DNA of 64,000 bases, from positions 47,554,001-47,618,000 of the forward strand of contig OX597823.1 of the NCBI GenBank assembly GCA_951406725.2, given 5' to 3'. Position 1 is the first letter of the stretch. Every line of letters begins with the position of its first letter. The position numbers and the translations under genes were made by a program. This DNA is from Octopus vulgaris. Taxonomy: Eukaryota. Shown here piece by piece: positions 23,106 through 36,340 of the stretch. The notes under the pieces are model-generated. The model saw only the letters and a list, made by a program, of their open reading frames with translations. It was not told the origin of the DNA and did no database searches.

Positions 23106-23191
23106 AGACCTATACGTGTTTCAAGTGCACCGATTAGTAACTGTTGCAATTGCAAAGCTACTATAGTACCAGTACAGTTTCTTCAGGGTCT
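23106..23191 (-). ncRNA. Type I hammerhead ribozyme motif with long stem II
   Basis: Minus strand reads agacc-CTGAAGA-aactgtactggt...atcggtgcactt-GAAA-cacgta-TA-ggtct: 5-bp stem I, extended stem II capped by ttgcaattgcaa, ACGT palindrome in stem III with one mismatch. Confidence 0.75.
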
Positions 23192-23207
23192 TCGCTTAAC
23201 ATCCCTT

Positions 23208-23247
<40 letters not shown>

Positions 23248-24707
23248 TGTAGAGGGAACTTACTCTTACCAATTTGTGGTGACTCTTTGACATAAAAAAA
23301 AAACTTGAAATAAAAAGAACAATAGACATAAAAACATTAAGAAGAGGACAACAGTAGGTAGACTTAGGCAGCAATAACTGCATCACATCTGCCCTATCAC
23401 AGAGGGCTTCTTGCAAATGTATACATCCATATATACATGTGTGTGTGTGTGTGCATATATATTCTTTTATTTGTTTCAGCAATTTGACTATGGCCATGCT
23501 GGAGCACCATCTTGATATATATATATATTATATATATGTATATGTGTATATATATATATATATATACATATATACACACACACACATGCAAATGTGTCTG
23601 CATAGATATTTATATTGTTAAATTTTCAAGATTTCTCACCAATAGAGGAAGCAATGCTCTTCCATAAGAAACAAGACTTATCCACTGAAATTTAGACAAC
23701 ATGAACAGGGTAGTCATATATGCATACATATATGTATATAAACATGTGCATATATATATATATATGTGTGTGTGTGTATGTGTACATGCCTCTATATATG
23801 TCAACTTCATTGAATGCTACACTTGTATGTTTGGCATTTTGGCAGTACCTTTCATAGCATGTTGCTGTGATCTCTTGTTGAAGCATGTCTTTCTTGTTTC
23901 TGTGAAACTCGGTTTCTTACAATTGGTAGTGAGGCAATTGGTCACTAGTCTAAATACTCCAGTAATTATAGGTAGAAGTTCTAAAGATGGTCAAGATTGA
24001 GAGACTAAACATTTGCCGTTGTTTTGGCATGTATATGTGTCTATATGTATGGCATACATATATGAATGTATGTGTGTGTGTGTAGTTATGAATGTATACA
24101 TATATAAAGATATAAATATACATACATTATATATATATATTTATCATTTGTATATATAGTTGCATATATGGAAGTATATACATATGTGCATTAATTGGTA
24201 TGTATATCTATATTTTTACCATCATTTAATATCCAATTTCCCATGCTGGCATATTTTTATACATACATACATACATGTGTGTGTGCGTGTAATTAAATGA
24301 ATTTTTAATTGCTTTTTGTTTAATGAAGGGAAATAACCTACTGAATTAATAAGTGGCTAAGTTCCAGTGATATGTGTATTCTTAATGTAATTCTTATGAA
24401 AAATTTGCATGGCTGTGTTTGCAACATAGTTGGATTTAGAATTACAGGTATGAGCTGTCTAGTAAATTTTGCAGAGTTTTTATCTACCTATTTTCATGAA
24501 CAGGACTTATGCTCTTATATATTTGTTGAAGATGTATGAGGATTGAACCAGGTAACTCAGCCGTGAAACAAGCTTCTTAAGCATTCAGCCACATGGCATT
24601 CACAAGCTGACGACCACACTCATACATATACATATATATGCATATATATATATATGTGTCTCTATATTTATATATGTGTGTGTTTACCTGTTCATATGCA
24701 TATAAAG

Positions 24708-24738
<31 letters not shown>

Positions 24739-25081
24739 GGATACATGTATATGTAAAATATGTGTATGTATATTGTGTGTGTATATGTATATACTTCTAT
24801 ATGTATGAAAATATGTGCTTGTATCTATATGTATATAAATATGAGTATATGCATGAATTTCTGCGTAAATCTATGTAAATGCATACACATATATACATAC
24901 ATATATGTGTATAGATGTAAGAATCTATAAATATATATTTATACATACGTATGTATATATATTTATACACTTACATTCATATATAGTATTATATGCACAT
25001 ATACATATATATATGTTATATATAGTTTTATATATATAGAAAATTCAAAAGAGGAGAATGCTGGTGTTATTTAGCTATTCC

Positions 25082-25166
25082 ATTCTTACACGTGTTTCAG
25101 TGATGATTATAACCTAATTATATAACTTATGGCAGATTTATTTATATCTTCACTTCACTAGAGATT
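25082..25166 (-). ncRNA. Decayed type I hammerhead ribozyme motif
   Basis: Minus strand reads aatct-ctagtga (cf. CTGATGA)-agtgaagat...atcatcact-GAAA-cacgtg-TA-agaat; stems II and III intact, core has two changes. Confidence 0.55.
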
Positions 25167-25340
25167 TCTCCAACTAAAATAATCAGATTCTCTTCACAGC
25201 CTTTCTATGTATAACGATGCAGATAGAATTCTCATAGTGGTACTGCTTTTATATAATGCACTTTATCTGGTACTAAACATATATATACGTATAAAAACAC
25301 ATGTTATTTTGTCTCTAAATTATATGTTAATGTTATGGCG

Positions 25341-25412
25341 CAGTTACTGATGAGAATTTCACCTAGCAAATTATTTTATTTGCTAAAAAACTTTGAGACC
25401 TAGGTATAACCG
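25341..25412 (+). ncRNA. Type I hammerhead ribozyme motif (GAAA changed to GAGA)
   Basis: cagtta-CTGATGA-gaatttcacc tagcaaat tatttt atttgcta aaaaacttt-GAGA-cctagg-TA-taaccg: stem I 5/6 bp, perfect 8-bp hairpin in stem II, palindromic stem III, GUA triplet. Confidence 0.7.
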
Positions 25413-28157
25413 TAAAAACTAGCACGGTAAAAGTTTTTGTTTTTCATTCCCTTCGAAATTGCTCTTAAATGTGGGTTTGGTCATTTTGACTGTTTCTTCT
25501 AGCGTGTAAAATTACCTGTTAAAGATAGTTTCTCTTGTGTTTCAATGTATACTATTTTATATTGAATTATATATAGGTAGTTTGACATGTCTGTCTGAAT
25601 ATGTATGTACATATATATAAACATACATATCTGAATACATATATATATATATATATATGTTAATAAAATAGAACATATGCATATATATAAACATATATGT
25701 ACGTACCTACCTCTACATGTACATATACACGCATATATATATATATATATTTACATGTATGTATGTTTGTTCTTGTATACCTAGTTTTATGCCTATGAAA
25801 AACAAAATTCAGTTTAAGATATTTGTGTGTATACATATATATGTGTGTGTGTGTGTGTTTATGTATAGTTATGTAAATGTGTATGTATGTATTCATTTAT
25901 ATGCATGAATCATCAAATTTTGACAAATATTTTGTTTGTTTAATGCTTGAAATGCAGACTTTAGTCCAGATATAGGTATATATTTCCGAAAATCAGGGAG
26001 GTGATTTTTCGTTAGGTGTGCCTTCAAAAAGCCCCTTAAGTCACAGTCAACTATGACTGCTGAAGTCCTTTATCAGAAACAAAAAACAAAAACCGAGAGT
26101 GAGAAAAATTAGGGAACATATAGCAAAAGATATTTACAGAATTTTAGAAAGTTAGAAAAGTACAAAATTTTAAGAATTGATTTAAACTTTAGAGCAATGA
26201 ACAGTTTGGAGACATCCTCATCATCCAGTGTTTTAAATTTGGGTTTTGTCCTCGTTAATGGGGGTGGCCAGATCTACCTCACTGCCATAGCAACTTAGGT
26301 AGGCAGTCCACGCCAATCTTTGGGCTGGCTGGTGCCCATTCTCCTTTGCTAACATGAGGCTTTTTTAGAGCTAGATTTTCTACAGGGAGCATGTCCTTGC
26401 TTACTCCCAACCTCAGTTTCTAGACATGAGTGGTCCCAAGACCAAACCCTCTACCACGAGGTAATGCTGTTCTATGGTGATTTTGAGGCTGAGTAAGGAG
26501 GAAAGGGACAAATGTATATTCATATATTATTGCATATGTGTGCACAGCCTATCGATTAAGATGCTAGGCTCACAATCTTAAATTCATGAGTTCAATTCCT
26601 AGATCAGGGTAGTGTATTATGTTAACAAGGAAAATCATTTGCTTGCTGTGCAAGACTACTTAACTGAAACAAATATCAGGTGATTGTCTTTGCTGCCATC
26701 TCTCCCACTTCAGATGTTACACCTTTCATGTTTAGCTATGTCAGTGATGTCAAGGCCAGAAAGGTGACTGTCAGCTTGCAATTACTTAGGTACTTAAAGC
26801 TATAAGCAAAACTATGGTGCATTCATAATGTTTATACTTCCTTACTAGTGATCACTGGATTGTTATGTATGAAAATAAATGTGTGCGTATGTATAAATGT
26901 CTCTGTATACATGTTACATTTGTGTGTATATGCACATATGTGTATTATATGTGTATGTATATTATATGCATGTAGATTATGTATATGTATATATGTATGC
27001 ATATTTGCATATATATATATGTATATATGAGTGTATATACATATGTATGTATATATGAGTGTATATATATATACATACGTATGTATGTATATATACATAT
27101 AAATACATACATGTGATATCACTTTATATCTGTTTTCCTAATTTCTTTTGAACAGATTGTCTATGTTTGAGTCAATTCCCACTGGCATTTACCCTCCTGT
27201 TAGGGGTTTCTGTGACACCTGTACCTCGCTTCCATTTCTTTTGACATGGTTTCTATGACTGGATGTTCCTTGCAACACCAACTTTTTTGCAAAGTATACT
27301 GGCTACAGTTTATCTTGACACCAGCACTAGTGTGGTTGTCCTTTCCTCAAAAACACAAGGCAACATCTATCTGACACCATCATGCTTCTGCTCATTCACC
27401 TCAGACTTATCAGAGTTTATACAGTGCATTTTATCTAAGCACTTTGTGTCTTCTAAAGCAGAAAAGAATTCTTACTGCCCTACATATGTTTCAAAGAAGA
27501 GAGTGAAATTGATGATACAGTACTAGAGCAGTATTAAGATGTGGTAGTAACTGCAGTATTTGCAGTTCAGAGGAGTACAAAATTTATGGATATTCAGTGG
27601 TGTGTGCTGTGGATGCTAGTGACAGTGATAATATTACCAAGCGAGAGGGAGAAGCAAGCAGTCTATATTGAAGTAAGGTGGGGATAATATTAACATGGTG
27701 ATTAAGAGGTTGAGATGGAGAAAGAAAGGGAGTGAAGACTGTGACTAGATTGTATAGAACAATATATGCAACTAGTTAAACAAGTAACTGTCAATGAAAT
27801 GTATGTGTCTCTAGTTATATGTGTGTGTGTGTCGTGATGGCTTTATATGTGGATATGTATATTTATATATGTATGTCTGTTGTTGGGATTATATATACAG
27901 ATACATGCAAATACCTATGCATATATAAACAATGCTTTCATAATATAGATTGTTATATCAACCAGTCAGTGACCATTCAAAACAGCTGTAAATATATGAA
28001 ATGATTACATTATGTAAATTGTATACACAAATTTCTGTATATACATGAGTACATATACATGTATACACACACATATTCCTTATGTCTGCTATCATTTGTT
28101 TTCTATGTATATATACATGCACTCATCTACATACACACATACACCTATATGTGTATA

Positions 28158-28204
<47 letters not shown>

Positions 28205-29668
28205 TTGTGTGTGTGTATATACGTGTATGTATATCGGTAGATATAGACATATGTTAATATATATGTATTTACATGTGCTCCTCTGTGTATATGAATCTAT
28301 ATATAAATCTATACATATATATTAAGTGCGTATATCTTCACATGTTCCTGTATGCAGACACATACATGTGCATATGGATGTCTTTCTTATCACTAATCAT
28401 TACCTTCTTTAATGCAATTTAAATTATTTTCAGAATTGTAATATTTTATCAAGAATTCTTATAACATCATTCTCTGATTCTGTTGTCAAAATGACATAAC
28501 GGCTGGTGAATATTACATTTTAGAATACTTGCATTACTATATATATATACATACACTTTTATAAAAGATACTACAAAACTGTAGGATACAAGGTCTTTGT
28601 CAGTGATTTGAATTTAAATTAATTTCTTCAGATGATGCATAAGGAAAGAGATAGCTTCAACCTTCTGAAATATACAAATATTTATGTTAATTAACTTTCA
28701 TTCATCAAAACTTTAGGTATTTCATGATTAATTTATATATCAGTGTTTATCTTTGAATTTTCCTTGAGATCTAAAGCTATACATTTCCAGGCAACTTTAG
28801 GAATAGTTATGAACCATATTGTACCATTATGGCAAACCAATCACCAAGACTATTTATGTTATTACTCAATTTGCAAGAAAAATAATCAAATCACCTCCAA
28901 ATCCTACACTTTTAAAACAAAAAAAACAAGTCATATTGGACAATTTAGTCTGAGATATACCATACATGGAAAAGAAAAAAGAATAGATGAAAATCAGGGC
29001 AGGAATGGTTACAGTCCTAGGTTTGCATCAACAACCAGTTTTCTGGCACATTCAAACTTTTCATTTAGAACTGATTCACTTAATTTTACATTGTTGATTT
29101 CTTTTGGAAAGGTATGGCCACCACAGCTCCCCGTGTAACATATTCTACGCTACACAACTTATAAGAAGCAGTAACTGGCAATCCTCATAACCAGTAATGG
29201 AATTCTCCTGAAAATTACATTATACTGGTGAAATGAGATGTGAGCAATAATAATAAGAAACTGGTTTTAATTCAGGCTTAATTTGCTGCAGTGTTTCATA
29301 AATAAGAAAAAGAAGACGCATAGGCAAGCTGTCATAGTTCTATTGTTACCTGAACAGGAATATCTACTTCTGATAATGACCAATGCGAAGTTGTGATGTT
29401 TGGTAAAAGGATGTATAAGACACACCGTTAATTAAATGAAGTTAACTTACCGAGAACATCATAGCAAGATATTAAAGTAGTAAAAGTATTGAAATTAATT
29501 ATCTGTTTCATGAATATGAGTTATTATCATTGTCATTATTAACTTTGCTTTTCATCCTTCCAGAGTCAATAAAGTACTGTAGTATATTCATATATATATA
29601 TATATATATATAATTTATGTCATAAAAACATATACATTTTGTCTAACATACAATTTTTGTGCATTTTC

Positions 29669-29689
<21 letters not shown>

Positions 29690-29708
<19 letters not shown>

Positions 29709-29905
29709 GATACATATATATGTATATATATAATATATATATAAAATATAGATACATATATATGTGTATATATAATATATATATATATATAAAATATAGA
29801 TACATATATATGTGTATATATAATATATAAATATAAAATATAGATACATATATATGTGTATATATAATATATAAATATAAAATATAGATACATATGTATG
29901 TGTGT
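29690..29905. repeat. AT-rich minisatellite, ~42-48-bp unit, 5 copies
   Basis: aaaatatagatacata recurs at about 29701, 29743, 29791, 29835 and 29879. Confidence 0.85.
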
Positions 29906-29926
29906 ATATATATATATAACCGATAA

Positions 29927-30021
<95 letters not shown>

Positions 30022-30172
30022 CATAGATAGATAGTTGAAATAATCATAGAAAACAAGTCATTGATATTTGAGTCCATCATTACCATTACAATTACTTTTG
30101 TGGGCTTTTAACAAAACAGACCATCTTAGGTGCTGATATCAAAATATGTTACTTATTTTAGCATTTTACTAA

Positions 30173-30216
<44 letters not shown>

Positions 30217-31419
30217 CTTCCTTTACTCTTAAAATATATGGTCTTGTGCCAATATCAGAAATATTTAATGTCAAATATGAAAGGAGAAACAAACTACTGC
30301 CATACAAATTCTGTAGGTCAGTTTCAATTCCTGTTTGAGGTTAATTTACTTATTTCACAAAGACTCTCTTTAAATAGCCTTGAATGTCCGTTTCTTTTTG
30401 AATATGTAGCATTGTACTTAAGTAAGGAAATTATTGTCGTTGTTGTTGTTATGATTAAAAGGGGTGGTGGAGTGGCAGAAATGGTAGTGAATTACTGAAT
30501 TTCATGAAATAATTAATTTTGTTCCCCTGCAATCAAATCTCTCAGAGTTGACTCCAGCTTATCTACTTCCAGGTTGATGAAAAAAAAAAAAATCCAAGTT
30601 ATATATATTGGGAAGTTGATGAATCAATTACACCTTCTGCTCCCATAAAATCTTAGTCTTAGGCATAAACTAAAAGTCATAATAATAATCATTAATTTAC
30701 TTTTACTTTCACTATCAAAAAAGTACTATGAAATATCAGTGTATTTTTACCTATTCTTTGAATCCTTGAATGCAAACAAACTGCTTCTGATACATCTAGA
30801 TACATACATATGCAAACACATTACTTTTCTTGACCTTATTGCTCTCAAGAAATACCATTTTTAGCTTCTTTTTACTACATCAAGTCCCATCCCCTTTTAT
30901 TTTTTTCCTTGTCATAGTCTTCTGTTCATATCTAACTTATTCTGTTATATTGTTATCAGACAAATTTTATTTATTTTTCTTTCAGATTTCAATAATTTCT
31001 AGTCAATTTTGTTAATAAAGTACATGTAACAGTTTGTTCTGGGAGATTTTTTGTTTTATTTTTATTTTATTTTGTTTATTTTCCATCCTAGTTTTCTTTT
31101 GTTTGCCTTTAATTTTGTTTTTATTGTTTTATGTTGTTTATTTTTCAGCATTATTATTATATTTACTTTAGTATATATTAATAATCCTCATTAACCATGA
31201 AGTATATTAGCAAAAACAATTTTTATTAATTTATAACTAATATATTATCATAACATAATAACTAATATAATTTGCAAAGTTAGGTTTGTCATTTTAAGTG
31301 ATAACCAATTCTAAATAACATAACGGATAGACATTCAAATTTAAAAGAAACAAATAATAATTGTAAAGCATATATAGGAATGAAATTTCAGAATGGTTAA
31401 AGTGAACTGAGATACTTAC

Positions 31420-31471
31420 CCCAGGGTAAGTCTAAAGTCCACTTCCTTGCCACCATATTTGCCACAAATAT
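31420..31471 (-). other. Candidate 52-nt orphan exon
   Basis: Minus strand: tgtaac...ttcctccatgcag | 52 nt | gtaagtatc; two of three frames open ([17 protein letters not shown]; [16 protein letters not shown]). Confidence 0.3.
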
Positions 31472-31519
31472 CTGCATGGAGGAATATTTGCGTTACATAT
31501 ATAAATATAGAACTTATTT

Positions 31520-31676
31520 ATAATTATATATATATATGTATGCATGTGTATATATATGTATTATATATATATATGCATGTGTGTGTGTATATGTATTATA
31601 TATATATATGTATGTGTATATATATATATGTATGTGTATATATATATGTATGTATATATATATGTATGTATATATG

Positions 31677-31722
<46 letters not shown>

Positions 31723-31860
31723 TGTATGTATATATATATATATGTATGTATATATATATGTGTATATATATATGCGTATGCATGTGTGTGTATATGTATC
31801 ATATATACGCATATATAATTATATATATATATATATATGTATGTATATATATATAAATGC
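31520..31860. repeat. (TA)n/(TATG)n array
   Basis: Directly visible. Confidence 0.95.
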
Positions 31861-34672
31861 AAGGAACTGTATTTAATATTAGGCCATATACTTCATATTT
31901 GCATACTCCAGTTACTCTGTCTCTTTCTTTTTCTCCTCCTCCCACATTTTCTCTCAAAGCGTCTTAATAGACAGGATAGTTCTCCCTTCCTCCTCCCCTC
32001 TCTTTCTTACTCTGCTGTAGAATTTCAATCTATTTTCACAGAAGAGCATTCACTCAACATTATGAGCCACCGCTGAAAGAATGAATGAATGCTTGGTTGG
32101 GTAATATTTGCTACAAAAGTAAAAAGATCAAAAGAACTGTATAAAAACTACAAACTACCTTAGAAAATATTTGCAAACCAGAAAATTGCTTCATAAAAAA
32201 AAAATAAATAAAAGAGAGAAAGATAGCAAAGTCATTTACAGCAACCAAGAAATGACAAATGCGTTCTTCACCCACCCCCCGTACTTGTAATTTATAGTAA
32301 TACTCTTTGACAGATGATAGTTTGCTCCTTTTCTTTCCCATTTCCTTCAACCATAATTATCAAAGCTATTAAACAACATGCCATAATTGTCAGCGCCCTT
32401 CTGTATACATACACTCACACACACACACATGCACTCTCTGCCCTTGTATTTTAAATGAAAATAGAGATGTTATACCAAGATAATGATACAGTATACTAAA
32501 TATATGGTTATAAGATTCACATATACATACACATATGTAAATTTATCAATTAAATTATTATCATTCAGTTTTGGATTTCATTCTAATACAGATGCGAAAT
32601 TCCAGTTCCACATGATAATTTACCAAACTTTAACTTTGCATAACAATTTTTGTTTTATTTAGTTATTTCTTTTTGTTTATAAGCCAATGAAAATTTATTG
32701 TGCATTGGTTATATCAAGATACCTGACTTATTTCCCAATTTCTTTACATTTATCTGGAACAGCTAAGTTTATAACAAATGGTTGTTAGCATAAAATATTT
32801 TCATTTTCCCCAGATATTAGTCTTAGAATTTTACTTGTTGCTTCAAATTTACTGAAGCTTCCTCTCTTAGATGAACGTTACTTTGTCTTCACTTCAATCA
32901 GTGTAGAAAGTATATCAAGTCAATCTAACAGCTTTAGCAAATATTTGATGTGAATGTCTTGTGTTTTTAACATAGCTTTTGCAGATATATCTTAGCATCA
33001 TGTTTACTTCTATAATACTTTTCTTATATTCTTTTTCCAGTTTCTATATTATCACTTTTAGATTGAAAGTATGTTTATTTTCAAAATTTATATCAAGAAC
33101 AAAATTAAATACTGAAGAATACTCACCTTTTATATTTTCATGAATTTTTTTTTTATTCTGGTAAATTGAACAACTATCAAAATATACCTGTCCTGTTGAG
33201 AGTCACAAAACAGAACTTGCATAAGAAAATAGTTTGTGGTTTTATTTTATTTTTCTTAATACCTCAAAGAAAATGTAGTATATAAAACTATTGTAAACAC
33301 AAAATATATATTTGTTTTAGAATGTATTAGCATTTAAAAAAATATTATTTTTATTATCAAGATGCAAAAAATTATTTTAGTGAAAAGGAAAAAAATTCCT
33401 CCAAGAATGTTGTTCTTTTCTTATTTCTTCTACTAAACCATTAAGTATCTTTTGTCAACAGTAAATGCTTAAATTCTTTATTCCTTGAAAAGATATCATT
33501 TATATGAAAAGTATGCAGATTTATTTATTTATATTCTTTTTTTTTTCTATTGTGAATTAAATTTGTCATGTTATGGAATAGAATGTGGCTAAATGGAAAA
33601 AAAAATGTTATTAATAATTTAGAAGAAAAACAATATTTATGATTTAAACAAGTATTAGTTTTATCTAAATCATTAATAATTTGATGATTTCTTTCTTACA
33701 ACTCTATTTGCCATCTGTTTCACTTAGTACAGTGATAATTTGTACAAGTAATATTACTAAAACATATCTCCGTCTTCGTTCTTTGTGGCATTTCAAACAT
33801 TAATTCATATCCACATTCTTCTTTGTCTTGTCCCCATTCATCTTCAATACCCACAATACATATATATATATACATGTGTGTGTGTATGTTTGTGAGAGTG
33901 AGTGTGTGTGTGTGTATTAATTCACCTTATTTCATCATCAACATTAATTCATCCTATATGTGGCAGTTACATAGCTGTAATGATTTTCATTTTATTTTTC
34001 ATTTCATATTCAACCACTTACAGACATTAATTTGTCTGATTTGCTTGCTTCATTTTTTTCACTCAGAATATCACTGAGATGAGCAAGCAGACGGGTAACT
34101 AATTGGATAGATGGATGTATGGATAGCTAGGTGAGTGAGAGTAAGTGATGTCGAAAGAGGCTTTCACTTCTCATTGCTCAATATCAAATCGGCTGATACC
34201 ACGGATCAGTCTCTCACACCGATGGTGTCCTGCCAGAAAAAAATTACTGGTATCCCAACTAACCTAATTCCCATCAAAAATTAAACTTAATATGGATTTT
34301 GATAATATTGGAGCTTGCATAAAACTTGAAATCATTGTTCAAAACCACTTTAGTTGTTCTTTATTTGTATTTTTCTATAGAAATTAATGTGAGTCCAGTC
34401 ATTGCCTAGAACTCTATTCACTAAAATCTCTCTCAAATGGCTACTTATGTTTTACTGCCTGCATATTTATATTTTGTGTCTAAAAGCTTTTGACAAGCAT
34501 ATATATATATAAAAGTTCTATGAGATAACTAAATCCTTTCTGATCAGTATCAACTGTGTAGCATCGACATTTGACTGCTTTCTCTCCTAGCTTATAAATA
34601 TTAAACTTAATGAATATTTGACAAAGCAGTTCCAAAATATTTTTATAACTGATGCAAAATTACGAATTAAGC

Positions 34673-34722
<50 letters not shown>

Positions 34723-36257
34723 GATAACGTTGGTGAGTTTGTCTTCACCTTGATAACCCTCTCACTCTGCTCTATTACGTATTGTTTCTTCTTCTCTTCT
34801 GACCTTTCACACTTCCTTGCTCATTATCAGGACTTTATTAGCAGACCTCTAAACTGTTTTTTCAGCTAAGGAAACCAAAAAAAAAAAAAAATGAAAAGTG
34901 AAAAGGTAAAAAAGAAAAACAGAAAATTAGTGTTGTTATCGGAATGTCTGTCTAAATTATATATTTTCCTTTGTAACATCAAAAAAATTACTGATCCCTC
35001 GTTGTATTGTTTGCTAATTTTCACAATCTTGCATTGTAACTCTGTTTGTCTGTCTGTCTGTCCCAAACTCCATTCATCTAATACTCTAATATCGAAGTAT
35101 AATAATCTAAAATATGCACTTCAAGTGCTATCATCTGCAGGGATGGATAACCTCTTTTAGTACTGCTTGTTCTGCTCTTTACAAGAAGAAAACAAAAAAA
35201 AGAAAACAAATTCCATGATAATTCTCCAATCAATAACAAAAAAAAAACAACAAAAAACATTATACCCTTCAAATTTACACTTCACTTAATGAACCTGATT
35301 TATATATTTTGTATAAACAATTTTTTTTTTATCTTCCCTATTTCTTCTTGCTTGTTTTTATATATGGAGGCAGAAGTTAAAAGTTAACCACTTGTGTGAA
35401 AATTGGAAAGTAACCATCTGGTTATTATAGCCTTCTTTGTAATAATTTAATTTGTTTTTATTTAAAAAAAAAAAAAATCATTGAAGACAACAGTTTTGAG
35501 ACATTCCCATACCAATTTTCGATGTAAATTCATCACTCATCAATTCCAGTCATTACCTGTCTCTCGATTGCTTCAGTTTAGTTTATTTATGCTTAATGAA
35601 ATATCAAAACTTTACGAAATACATTTTAACTTGATACAGCAAAATAATAAATAAAAAAAAAAGAGAAAGAAACTGAACAAGAAAAAGAAAAAATAAGAAA
35701 AGAAAAGAACGCATTCTACAATGGTTAACTACTTAGACGCAACAAATGGTGAAGTGTTTGTCATTCCATTTGTTTATCTGTTTCATTGCCATTAAGTATT
35801 TCCTTTAACAGTCAGACTATAATGCTGGAAAGATAGCCAAAAGACAACAGCTGATTATCCGAAATATTGCCATCATGTCGCTTACATATTCAAAACATAT
35901 AGAAAATAATATCAGTTGAATATATTTCTAAACTTCTCTTCTATGGGGAACAGAATAACAACAACAAAACAAAAAAATATATTCATCTGATTCATCTTTT
36001 TTTTTTTTTTTTGTAAACTTTCCTTATCTTTTCAACATCTGATCTGGTTTCGTAGATCTTCCCACAATGAGTTTTTTTATATATACCGCCTCTGAATAGG
36101 AAATCTAAATCCTGGTCTTGTTATTTATACTCTGGTATAAAAAGTAAGTTGTGTATATTGTTGAATTAGTCTACGTGTATATGTACACACCTGCAAGTAC
36201 AAATAATAGAATTTTTATCAATATACATATATATGTGTGTTTGTGTGTGTGTGTGTA

Positions 36258-36340
36258 TACAGGGGACAGCAAAATATCCCTCCTAGATTTACCATTCTTG
36301 ATAAACGTATATATGAGAGGATTTTCTGCCATACCCTGTA
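36258..36340. mobile_element. 83-bp Tc1/mariner-type MITE
   Basis: ta-caggggacagcaaaatatccctc ... gagaggattttctgccataccctg-ta: imperfect ~24-bp TIRs starting CAGGG with TA on both sides. Confidence 0.6.

Noticed and set aside
27472-27535. GAAACATATGTA (minus strand) with flanking complementary arms
   Set aside because: No CUGANGA box or stem II; probably chance.
31411-31425. atacttacc resembles the U1 snRNA 5' end
   Set aside because: No downstream U1 sequence or Sm site; better explained as an antisense splice donor.
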